Counted from the stretch's first letter, positions 1-12,009 are shown. The stretch is DNA of 53,165 nt from Octopus bimaculoides (GCF_001194135.2 NC_068989.1:7183335-7236499), one strand, 5' to 3'. Numbers and translations: made by a program. Notes: generated by a model from the letters alone, not told the origin.

Positions 1-95
1 AAACGAAATAAAGATTTTTTGAGTCAACAGAAAAAAATCCTCTGTGGAGACAGTCTTTTAATCTGCTGAAAACAATGGCCAAAAATATAGGCATA

Positions 96-395
96 GGAGG
101 CGCAATGGCCCAGTGGTTAGGGCAGCGGACTCGCGGTTTCGATTCCCAGACCGGGCGTTATGTGTGTTTATTGAGTGAAAACACCTAAAGCTCCACGAGG
201 CTCCGGCAGAGGATGGTGGCGAACCCTGCTGTACTCTTTCGCCCCAACTTTCTCTCACTCTTTCTTCCTGTTTGTTGAGTAAAGCTGCGATGGACTGGCG
301 TCCCGTCCAGCTGGCGGGGGGAGGGGACACATACGCCATAGAAACCGGGAAACCGGGCCCATGAGCTTGACTAGGCTTTAAAAAAGGACGCGTAA
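96..395 (+). mobile_element. tRNA-derived SINE family A, variant 3' tail
   Basis: Head ggaggcgcaatggcccagtggttagggcagcggactc with A-box and B-box-like gtttcgattccc. Body matches copies at 15157, 18165 and 49291. Tail (gcgatggactggcgtcccgtccag...gaaaccggg) differs from those copies. May correspond to the octopus OR-type SINEs (unverified). Confidence 0.9.
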
Positions 396-412
396 ATAAT
401 AAATAAAAAATA

Positions 413-570
413 TAGGCATAGCTGTATGGCTAAGATACTCGCTTTGCGTTCATCTGGTTTCGGGTTTATTCTCAGTGCGTGGCACCTTGGGTGTGTCTTT
501 TATGATAGCTCTAGCCCGACTAATGCTTTGCGAGTGAATTTGGTTGATAGAAACCGTGTAGAAGCCTTTA
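413..570 (+). mobile_element. SINE family C, 5' half, diverged
   Basis: ggcatagctgtatggctaag...gtggcaccttggg-tgtgtctttt...gtgaatttggttgatagaaac, similar to 37163 and 52967. Confidence 0.75.
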
Positions 571-1538
571 GTAAAGCACATACATGTGGTAAATGAACAT
601 TTTAACCACTCTATGAAAAGTCTCTGTGGTTAAACCTTTGTTTTTTTTTCTCTAAAGTCCTGTAATGCTTCTGCTAATTAATCGTCCATATTACCAACGT
701 TTGGTGAGTTATACGAATTAGGGTAGACCAGCTTATTGGAAGGATTGGACGACATGTAGTGATTGATACATGGCCTGGGAGATTGGATACAACACCAGTG
801 ATGAGAAGAAGAATGATGAGTGAATTGAAAATGCCTGAGTGACAGCGGCACAAGTCTGGCAATATACAAAGTACATGGACATTTATAATATCGGTAGAAA
901 AATGATACAGAGCACAAAATGCGTCTGTAGTAACATAGAGGCTGGACATATCTGTAGGTGATTAATATCAATCAGTTGAGTGGCTTTTCGCTGGATGCGT
1001 TTGATCCACGATGTCAGTGTGCTCTATTGTGTCAGCTGAACTCTACGATGTCAGCTGCACTCCATTGAGTCTCGCATCAAGTTTGTGTAGCATCAATAGT
1101 TAATATGGGCTTAAGTATTTTCTGACCAGAAAAGACGGATCGGTCAATGAGGCGTGATCTTAGGTCTCACTATCTCTAACTTAGCTAATATTTGAGATCG
1201 CTAGTTGCTATGAGAACACTAGGGCCGAGTTGCTCGTGTTTAAAAGGGACAAATTGCGATGATGTTTTCTTGATAGGAGTTGTACCTATGATGTTCTATT
1301 TATGTATTCAATAATTTATTTATTTTTGTTGTTGAAAAAGAAAAGATTAGCATAACGCCACTGAAAGTAATTGATTTCTTTAGAATGGTAAACAATTTTG
1401 AAACCAGAAAGTTCAATCTCTTTTACTGACGACGAGTAGTCTCATCTACTTTTCACAACGAGGCTAAAATTGTGCGTTCACTAGAAAACAGACAATTGCT
1501 CATAATTTATCTAAATTTCTTCACGCCATGTCATTCTA

Positions 1539-1540
<2 letters not shown>

Positions 1541-1586
<46 letters not shown>

Positions 1587-1712
1587 GTGTGTGCACGTGT
1601 GCGTATTTGCATGTGCGTGTGTGTCTGCATATTTGTATGTATATACATATACGCATTTATATATGTATATATATATCTATCTATCTATCTGTGTATATAT
1701 ATATATATATGC
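1541..1712. repeat. (TA)n/(TG)n compound microsatellite
   Basis: Direct inspection. Confidence 0.95.
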
Positions 1713-1782
1713 AGTGATATAGAAAACACGTGTGTGTTCATGAGTATGCATAGTTCCGTTTGTTTTGTTACTGCATGACAAC

Positions 1783-1940
1783 CGGTGTTGGTTTGTGACC
1801 GTCCGCCTAACTTGACAGTTCCGCTAAAGGAAGGCCGACGGAATACGTACAAGACTTCAGTCGATTTGATCAACTAAATCCTTCAACACACTGCTCCAGC
1901 ATGGCTGCAATTCAATGACTGAAGCATGTAAACGACGAAA
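1783..1940 (+). mobile_element. SINE family C, 3' half, diverged
   Basis: tgacaaccggtgttggtttgtg...ctccagcatggctgcaattcaatgactgaa matches the 3' half of the 37163 copy. Confidence 0.7.
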
Positions 1941-2077
1941 AGTATATACACACACATATACATACAAACATATACACATTATACACACATTTATAAATAG
2001 GGGAATATACATGGAATACTTACATTGTGTCTAAGTATGAGTGGACGTGTGTGCGGTCGTGTGTGAGGGGACCTAGC

Positions 2078-2136
2078 GAAAGAGGAGAGAGAGAGAGAGA
2101 GAGAGAGTGACTGTAATTCTATACGAGTAGATACCA

Positions 2137-2217
<81 letters not shown>
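2078..2217. repeat. (GA)n microsatellites
   Basis: Direct inspection. Confidence 0.95.
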
Positions 2218-2221
<4 letters not shown>

Positions 2222-2559
2222 GTTTACGAATACGTGCGTGTGCATCCGATCATATATTTGTGTGTATACGGTGTTGCAATCCATTGTTGCGTGGCAAATA
2301 AAGAAACCAAAGACATCATAACGATTATGATAGTATAAAAATAACAGAAACAATGATGATAATAATAATAATAATCACTAGCATCATTATCATCGTTTTC
2401 AATTATTATTATTATTATTTATGATTCCTTGCTTTTCACTGTCCCACGTGACATCCAATCAATTGTCCACAATTGCAGAAGTCTTCGGCCAGGAAACAAT
2501 TAAAAATATTAATTTTGTAGCTGATTTATCACATTGGTTGCAGTTTGCTGCATAAATCA

Positions 2560-3090
2560 AGTGGTGGTGGTGGTTTTGTTGCGGGTGCTGTTGGTAGTGG
2601 AGGTGGTGGTGATGCTGGTGTTCATATTGGTTGTGGTGGTGGTGGAGGTTGTCGTCGGGGTAGTAATGAGGGTTTGTAAGTGGCTTTCATTTTTATTCGT
2701 GATGTTAGTGGCGGCGGCGCTTAGGAAAACGATGATAGAGATACTAGTACTATTGTGATTGAGTTGTTGTTGGAGGGGTAGTGGTGGTGGTAGTGGAGAA
2801 AACGGTAAGAGAGATAGTGCTGTGGTGTTTGAATTCTTGTTGTTGGTCTTTTGTTGTTGCTTGTGTTGTTTTTGTTGTGGTGATGGTGGTAGTAGTGATT
2901 GCGGTGGTGGTGGCGGCGGTGTTTGTGGTGGTATTGGAGATCATTGCCAAGATGGTGGCGTTGATGATGATGACGACGGCGATGACGTTAATGAAGATAA
3001 GAAGTGAGACGATGACGACGAAGGTGATGTGGACGCTGATAATGATGCTCATTATGGCGATAGTGAGTTAATTAAGATGATGATTTTATC
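2560..3090. repeat. Degenerate trinucleotide low-complexity block (GTG/GTT/GAT)
   Basis: Runs of gtg/gtt/gat/ggc triplets, which explain the poly-V, poly-G and poly-T ORFs here. Confidence 0.9.
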
Positions 3091-3380
3091 GAAAGAGTTG
3101 AATTCATTTGTCGAAATATGACAAAATACATTAGCATAATGTTACAAATACAATACGTTATATACGTACATATACACGCGCGCACACACACACATGCATA
3201 CATGCACACACACACTATTAGGTACAGACAGCTGTAAATATATTAATATTCACAGCTATAGAAAGACATAACTCCATATTTATGTGTGTATGTATATCTA
3301 TCCATCTATTTATATACATACACACCCACATACACAAGTGTATGTGCGCGCGCTGACTAATATATATATATATATATATA

Positions 3381-3431
3381 NNNNNNNNNNNNNNNNNNNN
3401 NNNNNNNNNNNNNNNNNNNNNNNNNNNNNNN
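3381..3431. other. Assembly gap (others at 5822-6245, 11641-12009, 12708-12732, 24485-24902, 26074-26083, 33178-33357, 38871-38889)
   Basis: N runs, most flanked by microsatellites. Confidence 1.
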
Positions 3432-3885
3432 GTAGATAAGTGGAGGAGAAATGCCTTCGTTTCACATAGTTTAATATCTTTTTATAAAATTTTAAAAAAT
3501 ATATACATATTTTATGGATGTAGTGATATCCAACCGGTTTTCGCTATTTAAATTAGCTTTTCAAGGGACATTGTGATAAAGGGGTCTCGCCAGAGCGAAC
3601 ATATCGACAGATGCGCAAGGAATAAAACGCCGAATTTCCATATCTTTCCATTATACCAATGCAAAGATTCAATCTCCTTACAAGAGTAGCGCTCAAATGA
3701 TACAAATTTAGACTCCGATGTATTTACGGGGAATCAATTCTTCGGGGCAAAACAATGGCTATAGGAAGGATCACACCCAGCTGTAGTCAAAAATACACCC
3801 AGCTACAAATATTGAAGATTGCGCCTCACAAAACAGAGGGACAATAGTAATAACAACAATAATAATAATAATAATAATAATGATA

Positions 3886-4432
3886 ATGCAGTACCAGGCA
3901 GTGGATTTCATGGCTTCTGATCTTAACTGATTGTAAGTGTTATCATGTACAATGTTTTGTCATGGTAGAAAAGATGGTCTACAGCAAATATTCTGCTCAA
4001 TACCACAGATTTGCTTGTCAGTTGTTTGACCTTAACCAGTTGAGCATGTCTCTTGGTGGCTGACGATATGTGCATCTCTGATCACGAGCAGAAGTAGTGG
4101 GGGAGCATCATAGCCATGTATTGAGAGGAATTCTTTGGGGTTTGAATAGTTCACATCCGGAAACATGGGTGTTTTGTTCAACGTCCTTAAACAAACCTTA
4201 TTCAGGGACCTTTTGAGCGGGATGGGCTACTCAACCTGAAGAAAATTCTAACTGGGCCCCACCTGCAAGGTCATGCGCTGTTTATCTTGATATGAGATCA
4301 CCATGTTCCGCGCACATAGTTGTGATACATGTGCCTGGTGTATCCTTACCAGACGGGTAGTCATGATGGGCGTATTGGGCTTCGTATATTTCTATTCCAG
4401 TGTCCCTTAGATGGCATGCCCTGCTCTCTCAC
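3886..4432. mobile_element. ~550-bp non-coding interspersed repeat flanked on both sides by (AAT)n
   Basis: gcagtaccaggcagtgg...gccctgctctctcactt between aataataat runs. A second partial copy follows at 4486. No ORF. Class unknown. Confidence 0.8.
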
Positions 4433-4485
4433 TTAATAATAATAATAATAATAATGATAATAGTAATAATAGTAATAATAATAGA

Positions 4486-4790
4486 TGCCTTGATGCAGTA
4501 CCAGGCAGTGTTTTGTCTTAGTGTAAAAGATGGGCTACAACAAACATTCTGCTCAATACGACAGATTTGCTTGTCGTCTGCTTGACCTTAACCAATTGAG
4601 CATGTCCCTTAATGGCTGACGATATGTGCATCTCTGATCACGAGTAGGAGTAGTGCGAGGAGCTTCATAACCATGTATTGAGAGGAATTCTTCAGGGTTT
4701 TAATAATTCACTTCTGGAAACATGGCTTTGATGCTCCCCCACTAACGCCACTATTGTTTCGTTCAACATCCTCAAACAACCCTTATTTAG
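4486..4790. mobile_element. Second, deleted and truncated copy of the 3886 repeat
   Basis: gcagtaccaggcag joined to tgttttgtc (~60-bp internal deletion), then colinear with the first copy. Carries a short inverted insertion at 4721-4744. Confidence 0.85.
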
Positions 4791-5170
4791 AGCCCACTGC
4801 TATCACACCTATATAAAGTACCGCTACCACCGCCATCATATCCAGTCACCTCTTTGGTCGTACTCATCAGAAATAAATCCGTTTCCACTACCACCATCAC
4901 CATCAGTCTCGCATGTACCACCATCACCGCCAGTTCCATCCCTCTCACAGTCATCATCGTTACCCACACAGCCACCGCCACGGATCTCGAACTCGCTACT
5001 GATCCGACAACCAGCATTACTTTCGTTATTGCCATCTCTCTACCGCAATATCATAACAGCAACAGCACCAAGAACAACACCACCAAGAGCAGTAACAACA
5101 ACAATAAAAACAAAAGCAACAGCAGCAGCAGCAACAACAACAGGAGCAGCAACAACGCCATTATGACGAG
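4790..5170. repeat. Degenerate trinucleotide low-complexity block (ACC/AAC/AGC)
   Basis: Direct inspection. Confidence 0.85.
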
Positions 5171-6245
5171 GAAAAAAAACAAAACCGTATCGCTAAAAGA
5201 ATAATTGAAAAGTTCCAAGGGAAGATAATAGCGACCAATTCCAGTTGATACGATGTCTTTTATGGCGATAATAATCTTTACAGCACCTCCAATAGCCAGA
5301 AGCATTTCAGACAAAATCGATCGGTTCATAATATAGCGACTGTACAGATTCGATTCGTCCTATTACTAGCTGTGGTAGATGATGATGCCGGTTGTGTGTG
5401 TGTGTATATATATCTATTTATATATGTGTATATATATCTATTTATATATGTGTATATATATATATATATATATGGGGGGGGGGATGTGTTGCTGACTGTG
5501 CATATAAATAATTCTTTACGAGTAATAAGATTTTGTTAAGAAGGAAGGATTTAAATTAAAACCTTCATGTGAGGAATATGATGTGTGTAGATGTACGTGC
5601 AGAACCATAGGCGTATATGCATGGGTATTAGGAGATAGAAAGAGTTAAGTGCATTTATCTATGTGTATGTAGCAGATAAAGGCACACATACACACACACA
5701 TATACATGTTTGCGTGTGTGTGTACATATAGATATATATATATACACACACGCACGCACGTATATCTATATATAGATATATATCTACATATATATAGATA
5801 TATATATCTTATATATCTACANNNNNNNNNNNNNNNNNNNNNNNNNNNNNNNNNNNNNNNNNNNNNNNNNNNNNNNNNNNNNNNNNNNNNNNNNNNNNNN
5901 NNNNNNNNNNNNNNNNNNNNNNNNNNNNNNNNNNNNNNNNNNNNNNNNNNNNNNNNNNNNNNNNNNNNNNNNNNNNNNNNNNNNNNNNNNNNNNNNNNNN
6001 NNNNNNNNNNNNNNNNNNNNNNNNNNNNNNNNNNNNNNNNNNNNNNNNNNNNNNNNNNNNNNNNNNNNNNNNNNNNNNNNNNNNNNNNNNNNNNNNNNNN
6101 NNNNNNNNNNNNNNNNNNNNNNNNNNNNNNNNNNNNNNNNNNNNNNNNNNNNNNNNNNNNNNNNNNNNNNNNNNNNNNNNNNNNNNNNNNNNNNNNNNNN
6201 NNNNNNNNNNNNNNNNNNNNNNNNNNNNNNNNNNNNNNNNNNNNN

Positions 6246-6284
<39 letters not shown>

Positions 6285-7110
6285 AAGGAGGCAGTCAGAA
6301 TTCTACACACACACACACACACACAGGCATCTTTACTACCACCAGCCCCACCATCACCCCAACAGTCAGATATGACTACAGCTGCCCCCCCTTACACTCC
6401 ACCTTCACCCACCATCATTCTCACATACACACACGCACCTACGCATGCACACACTCAGTGGGCGAACATCGGTATGCTTATATCTATGTGTCTTCACGTC
6501 TGCGAGAATGCATAATGGATACTAAGTAATTACTTATCCACATCGTTGATATTACTAAAGGTAGTTACATGCGTACGCAGCCTTACATTTAGTATATATG
6601 CGGATGTGTTTCTATGTATATCTGTTGGTAAATGTGTACGTCTATGTGTAATAGCGGACTCGGTTTACCTTGTGTGTAACTTACGGAAAACACATCAATT
6701 GTTCAGCTGTGATAACAAACGGTGAGAATTGATTTGTTTCGTTTGTATAAATCGTATCAACTGATAGCTAAGATATCTGTTGGCGGGGAATCAATAGGAA
6801 ACGTCGTTACAAATCATTGAAACATTCGTTCTTAAAATATTTTCTTGTTATGACTTTGCAGGCTTCGGTACGAACTGAGGTTATCAAATGTCTGTCCTTA
6901 TGCATAACAACACATATATATTGTGTGTGAGTGGGTTTGTCTATATGTATATGTGTGTATATATATATATGTGTGTGTATATGTGTGTGTATATTCTTAT
7001 ATACATTTACATGTGTAGATCTATGCATCTATACTTTATATATCAAACCCAAGCGTATTTATCTGTATCACTTTCTCCATATCAGTTCACCTGAATTTGT
7101 TATAGCCACT

Positions 7111-7167
<57 letters not shown>

Positions 7168-7204
7168 TGTGTGTTTGTGTGTGTATTTCATTGTATCTGT
7201 TTGT

Positions 7205-7405
7205 CCCTCAGCACCGCTTAACAACCGGTGATGACGTGTTTTCGTCCTTCGGTAGAAGATATCGATAAAATAAGTACCAGGCTGAAAGGACTGAGAAAAA
7301 AAAAGTATTTGGGTCGGTTAGTTCGACTAAAATTCCTCAAGGTGGTGCCCCAGCTTGGCCACAGTCTAATGGCTAAATCAATTAAAAGATAAGAAAGATA
7401 AAAGA
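7205..7405 (+). mobile_element. SINE family C, 3' half
   Basis: ccgcttaacaaccggtgatgacgtgttt...gataaaataagtaccagg...aaggtggtgccccagcttggccacagtc. Confidence 0.75.
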
Positions 7406-7529
7406 TATATGATTACAATTAATTTATATGTTTCGTGATGTACTACATGATTTAATAAAAATTTAGCCTACATATGGCACTTAGGCAAGTGCTTTTACCA
7501 TGGTTGCCAATCAACCAAAGGCTCGTCTT

Positions 7530-8200
7530 TTAAAACGCATCGACAAAAACTGTATACAAGTCATCAGCTGCTCTGTACCTGTTCTTGGTTGACAAAACCT
7601 GATCTTTCGACCAACTGATACAACCACCTTGTCATTATATTAATGGTTTCCGCAATGTACGCATTCGGATACGTCTCCCGTGTGAAGATATTTTGATAAC
7701 CAGTTACTTCCCATTGCAACAACTTATGGTTAGTGATTACTTAATCCCATTCATTTATTAGTTTTTGAGGCCCTAAAAGCCTTTGGGTCTTTTTTCTTCT
7801 TCCTCTTGTTGAGCCACGTAAACAGAATCTATGATTTTCATTTTAGCAAATTTCTTGTTCGTTTTAAGTTCTTAGCAAACGAATGAAATAGTGTGAAGAG
7901 AACAGATATTTGATCTACAACGAGGAGTTTGTTTTTATATTTAATTCTTCACAAAACTGAATTTACTATTAAAGCAGAAACGACTTTCGATGCATTCAAG
8001 TTGATTTATTGACAACTCAAATATAAGGTCAGTTGTAAGCTCTTCTTTTCCGCCTGTTAAGTTCTTCACTATTCCTGCTGGTCAAAGAGTATAAATAAAT
8101 ATCTTTCGAGTACAACTGCATAAAAAGAACTTTGCTCTATTCCCGTTTAAAACTAAAAATACAATTCTATTGCGGATCTTTTAAATAAGATCTCGTAATT
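7530..8200 (-). mobile_element. Probable hAT transposase remnant (C-terminal/dimerization region), heavily decayed
   Basis: Minus-strand fragments in order: YEILFK, KEELTTDLIFE, LLVVDQISVL, ETYPNAYIA...VVVSVG/ERS. These resemble hAT W(Y)DILF...AKE...FPNxxIA...PVTVASxERSF. Many stops and frameshifts. Confidence 0.5.
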
Positions 8201-8269
8201 TGATTTCACATTTATCGGTGCGTATTTTGATATCTACAACAATAACTCAAAAACACTAACAAGAATATA

Positions 8270-8468
8270 ATTCTTTGTAATTTTGGCACAATGCGAACAA
8301 TTTTGAAGGAGAGGGTAAGTTGATTACGTCGACCACAGTGCTCAGCTGATACTTATTTTATCGACCCCCCACGAAAGTCGACGTCGGCATTATTTGAACT
8401 CCTAATGTAAAGACGGAAGAAATACCGCTAAGTGTTTTGTCCGACGTGCTTATGATGCTGCCAGCTTG
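8270..8468 (-). mobile_element. SINE family B
   Basis: Reverse complement of gctggcag...cacgtcggacaaaacacttagcgg...gtcgactt...gggtcgataaaataagtatcag. Confidence 0.85.
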
Positions 8469-8644
8469 CTTCTTTGGAATACGATTGGATGCAAATTCCT
8501 TTTAGTTATGGTATTAATGATTTGCATGAGGATTTTCTCAACTGTAGCATATTTCAAGAACAGTTTAAAGGAGGAGAAATTAGTAAAAAAAAAAAAAAAA
8601 ATACTTACTATCTTTTGTTCGGTTTTCGTGCCTATCCTCACCAG

Positions 8645-9075
8645 TAGTCATGGATGTCGGTTAACGACCGAAAGAGTACGATCGCGAATATGCAGATGCT
8701 GAAATGAGTTCCATCGAAGGATCTCCGAAGTAAAGTTACACGACAGGGCATTTAGTTCGGTGATCACACCAGGTCTTTCCTCCGTTTCTCCGCAGTGAAA
8801 AGTCACATCTCCGGAATACGGACATGTGATAAAAATGTCACAAGATGGCTTCTTCGAGCCGAGACGATAGGCAAGAGAGACCTAGAGTTAGGACCAAGAA
8901 CAAGATGGCTGGACAATAAACATAGACTCAGTTAATATACATAGGCTCATAGCCACAGGAATCCAGCAGGAAAGTTTGATTACGTTTGCTTCTGAGAGGA
9001 CCCTATGGAGAAGGTGCCTGACACCTCTATCTCCACAACACATCTCCAGCAATAATGGAGGGAGAAAATGGATGG
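8645..9075 (+). mobile_element. RTE-clade LINE 3' remnant
   Basis: Frameshifted fragments AEM..RRISEVKLHDR, GHVIK, GPRTRWLDN and ASERTLWRRCL match the RTE ORF C-terminus. Confidence 0.7.
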
Positions 9076-9462
9076 GGGTTGACATTTATGGTTTATTGAA
9101 GTTTTAAAATGTGGTAGCCATTTATGATTTCAATAAGAATATCGATTAGTTCGATTTGTTGAATGTAATGAAGCAATGACGGTGAGTCTTTCTTCTATTG
9201 GCACCACCTATCTGTGGAAATCAGGGTTTTCAATCCCAACAGATTAAAACAAAATTCATGCGCGACGCCATTTGGTCGGCCATTAATACAACGGTAGGTC
9301 GCTAACTCCTCACATTGTGAGGCACGATTAGAAATTCAAACTTGATATTAAGGAATGTGAATGGATACGAAGAGTTCTCGTACATAGATGCATAATTTAA
9401 AATCTTTACATTCATCATCATCATAGTCATCGTTATTATTATTATTAATAATAATAATAACC

Positions 9463-9602
9463 CCGAAAGGACAAAAGGCAAAGCCGATGTCGACTTTGCT
9501 TTTCGTCGTTTCGGGGTCGATAGAATACGAACCAGTTGAGTACTGGGGTCGATGTTATTGAGTCTCTCCCCAGAACTTGTTGGCTTTGAGCCAAAATTTG
9601 TA
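9463..9602 (+). mobile_element. SINE family B, 5'-truncated, with fold-back inverted 5' end
   Basis: ccccgaaaggacaaaaggcaaagccga is followed by gtcgactttgcttttcgtcgtttcggggtcgat, then tail type 2. Confidence 0.85.
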
Positions 9603-9650
9603 TCCATTAATATTATTATTATTATTATTATTATTATTATCATTATTATT

Positions 9651-9865
9651 AAGGCGGTGAGGTGGCAGAATCGTTAGCACGCCGGGTGAAATGCTTAGCA
9701 GTGTTTTGTCGGCTGCTGCATTCTGAGTTCAAATTCCGTCGAGGTCGACTTTGCCTTTCATCCTTTCGGAGGCGATTAAATAAGTACCAGTTACGCCCTG
9801 GGGTCGATGAAATTGACTAGTCCCCTCCCCCAAATTTCAGGCCTTGTACCTATAGTAGAAAGGAT
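9651..9865 (+). mobile_element. SINE family B, full length, after (TAT)n
   Basis: aaggcggtgaggtggcagaatcgttagcacgccggg...gagttcaaattcc (B-box-like)...gtcgactttgcctttcatcctttcgg...ggccttgtacc. Confidence 0.92.
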
Positions 9866-10464
9866 TATTATTATTATTATTACTACCTATGGCGAAATCC
9901 TAGATTGTAAGGACTTTCTAATCTTGTCCTAACTCAAATTTATTATGAAATTGCACAGTTTCATGAACAGTTAAGTAATGTGTTTTTGAACGCTACCGTA
10001 AAATGAGGAAATGTTGGTTAAGTACAGAGTTGGTATAGAGACTGAAGCTTACACAGCTCTGATGGCCATATTAAATTAATATTATTAAATCTTAATGTAA
10101 AAAAAAATCCATATGATATTCTGAAATTCCATCGTGCCTTTCCACAACAAGTGAAGCTATTAAATAACGAATGATAGGTTTTACTACAATCAGATATACA
10201 AGACTTAAATAATTTTCTTGAAGCTTGTCAGAATCTTTTTTAAATAAAATATAATGCCTCGAAAACTAAATTTTGTAAATCATCAAAAATGTAAAATTAA
10301 TTGATTATTCTCAGTGGCCGGTTAGTTTTCAAGCTATCAAATTAATTTTCAAGATATATAGAAAATTGGCTGAAATTATATGCCATTTTCTCAAATTTCT
10401 TCCTCGATTAAATATTAAATTACTCCACGTTAAATATTTACTCCTGGATTAAATATCATTTGTC

Positions 10465-10660
10465 TCTTACTTGTTTCACTCGTTAGACTGCGGCCATGCT
10501 GGGGCAGTGCCTTGAAGAATTTTAGTTGAAGGAATCCATTTTCTTTTTAAACCTGGTACTTATTCTATCGGTCTCTTTTGCTGAACCGCTACGTTACGGG
10601 AACGTAAGCACACCAATACCAGTTGCCAAGCGGTGGTGGGACACGCACACACACACACAC
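10465..10660 (-). mobile_element. SINE family C, 3' half
   Basis: gactgcggccatgctgggg...gtacttattctatcggtctcttttgctgaaccgct...ccagttgccaagcggtgg. Confidence 0.85.
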
Positions 10661-10893
10661 ATCTTTCAGGATCTGTTTATGTGTTAAATATATCTTAAGA
10701 ACAAGGACACTGGGCAGTGAGAAAATAAGAAAAATCGTGGGAAAAAGCTGCATAAAATTGAATGAGAAAAAAAAAAAGAAACGAAATGAAGAAAACTAAG
10801 ATCCTTTTCCTCCCTGATTGCAGAAGTCTCATTAAATACAGCTGGTATAGAAGACAATAATAGAAAATATGTGTAAGTCTGCTAGACAGCAAT

Positions 10894-11090
10894 TCAATCC
10901 GGAGCGAATAGTGCCCTCCAATTCGATAGGAGAAATTTGTCCATGTGTCTACACCTACTAAAAGTTTCAGATCTGGAATTAAGTTGTGTGTTGAAATTGC
11001 TGAATCTAAGAAGAATATGAAATCTTTCCGCTACGCATAAGTAGCATTTCTTAAATCCGTTAACATATGACTTGGATTTCTCCACTATTC
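10894..11090 (-). mobile_element. Penelope-like element GIY-YIG endonuclease C-terminal fragment
   Basis: IVEKSKSYVNGFKKCYLCVAERFHIL...LNSRSETFSRCRHMDKFLL matches the PLE pattern CxLCxxEK...LNxRSE...CRHxxKFLL. Confidence 0.8.
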
Positions 11091-11410
11091 TGCCAACATA
11101 ACATGGCAGTCCTGGTTTAGTATGAATGTTGCTGTAATTTAGCCCCAGGAGACATCGTCTCCAGTTGGCTATACGACACGATCTGTGTCCTTATATTTTC
11201 GAACAAGGGAATCTAGCACCCCCACTCAGCTCAAAATAATATCTGTCTCTCGCGATTTCCGGGTGCTAGAGTGGGGGTACTAGATTCCCTTGTTCGATGA
11301 TATAAGGACACAGATCTTGTCGTATAGCCAGCTGGAGACGATGTCTCCTGGGGCTAAATTACAGCAACATTCGCCCTAAACCAGGACTGCCATATTATGT
11401 TGGCAAAGAA
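11088..11410. repeat. ~315-bp palindrome (~140-bp arms, ~34-bp spacer), MITE-like or PLE-terminal fold-back
   Basis: 11091-11230 is the reverse complement of 11265-11405 with about 10 differences by manual alignment. Confidence 0.92.
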
Positions 11411-12009
11411 TCTTTACTCCAAAGTACTGTTGGTAAATATCTCTCGTTGTGAGATTTAAAAATAGTAATTTTCTAACAGATGATTTTTATTTAAAAAGAG
11501 CTTCAGCTGGCGCATTTATCGATCCACTTTTAAATTCGGGATGATTTGCTTCGTGTTAGCCACTCGGATGACCGACACTTCTCCGATTTTGGGATTTGTT
11601 CTCGTTCTTTTGTATGAGAAAAGACTTAAACATACTTATGNNNNNNNNNNNNNNNNNNNNNNNNNNNNNNNNNNNNNNNNNNNNNNNNNNNNNNNNNNNN
11701 NNNNNNNNNNNNNNNNNNNNNNNNNNNNNNNNNNNNNNNNNNNNNNNNNNNNNNNNNNNNNNNNNNNNNNNNNNNNNNNNNNNNNNNNNNNNNNNNNNNN
11801 NNNNNNNNNNNNNNNNNNNNNNNNNNNNNNNNNNNNNNNNNNNNNNNNNNNNNNNNNNNNNNNNNNNNNNNNNNNNNNNNNNNNNNNNNNNNNNNNNNNN
11901 NNNNNNNNNNNNNNNNNNNNNNNNNNNNNNNNNNNNNNNNNNNNNNNNNNNNNNNNNNNNNNNNNNNNNNNNNNNNNNNNNNNNNNNNNNNNNNNNNNNN
12001 NNNNNNNNN

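Noticed and set aside
690-1300. Unique sequence, possibly an old LINE 3' end
   Set aside because: No diagnostic motif found in any frame.
1426-1455. CUGACGA followed by a 6-bp stem, hammerhead-like
   Set aside because: No GAAA after stem II and no cleavage triplet or stem I.
5645-6322. Long ORFs across N gaps (also 11541-12333, 24368-25015, 33006-33432, 38579-39205)
   Set aside because: Open only because of N runs and dinucleotide repeats.
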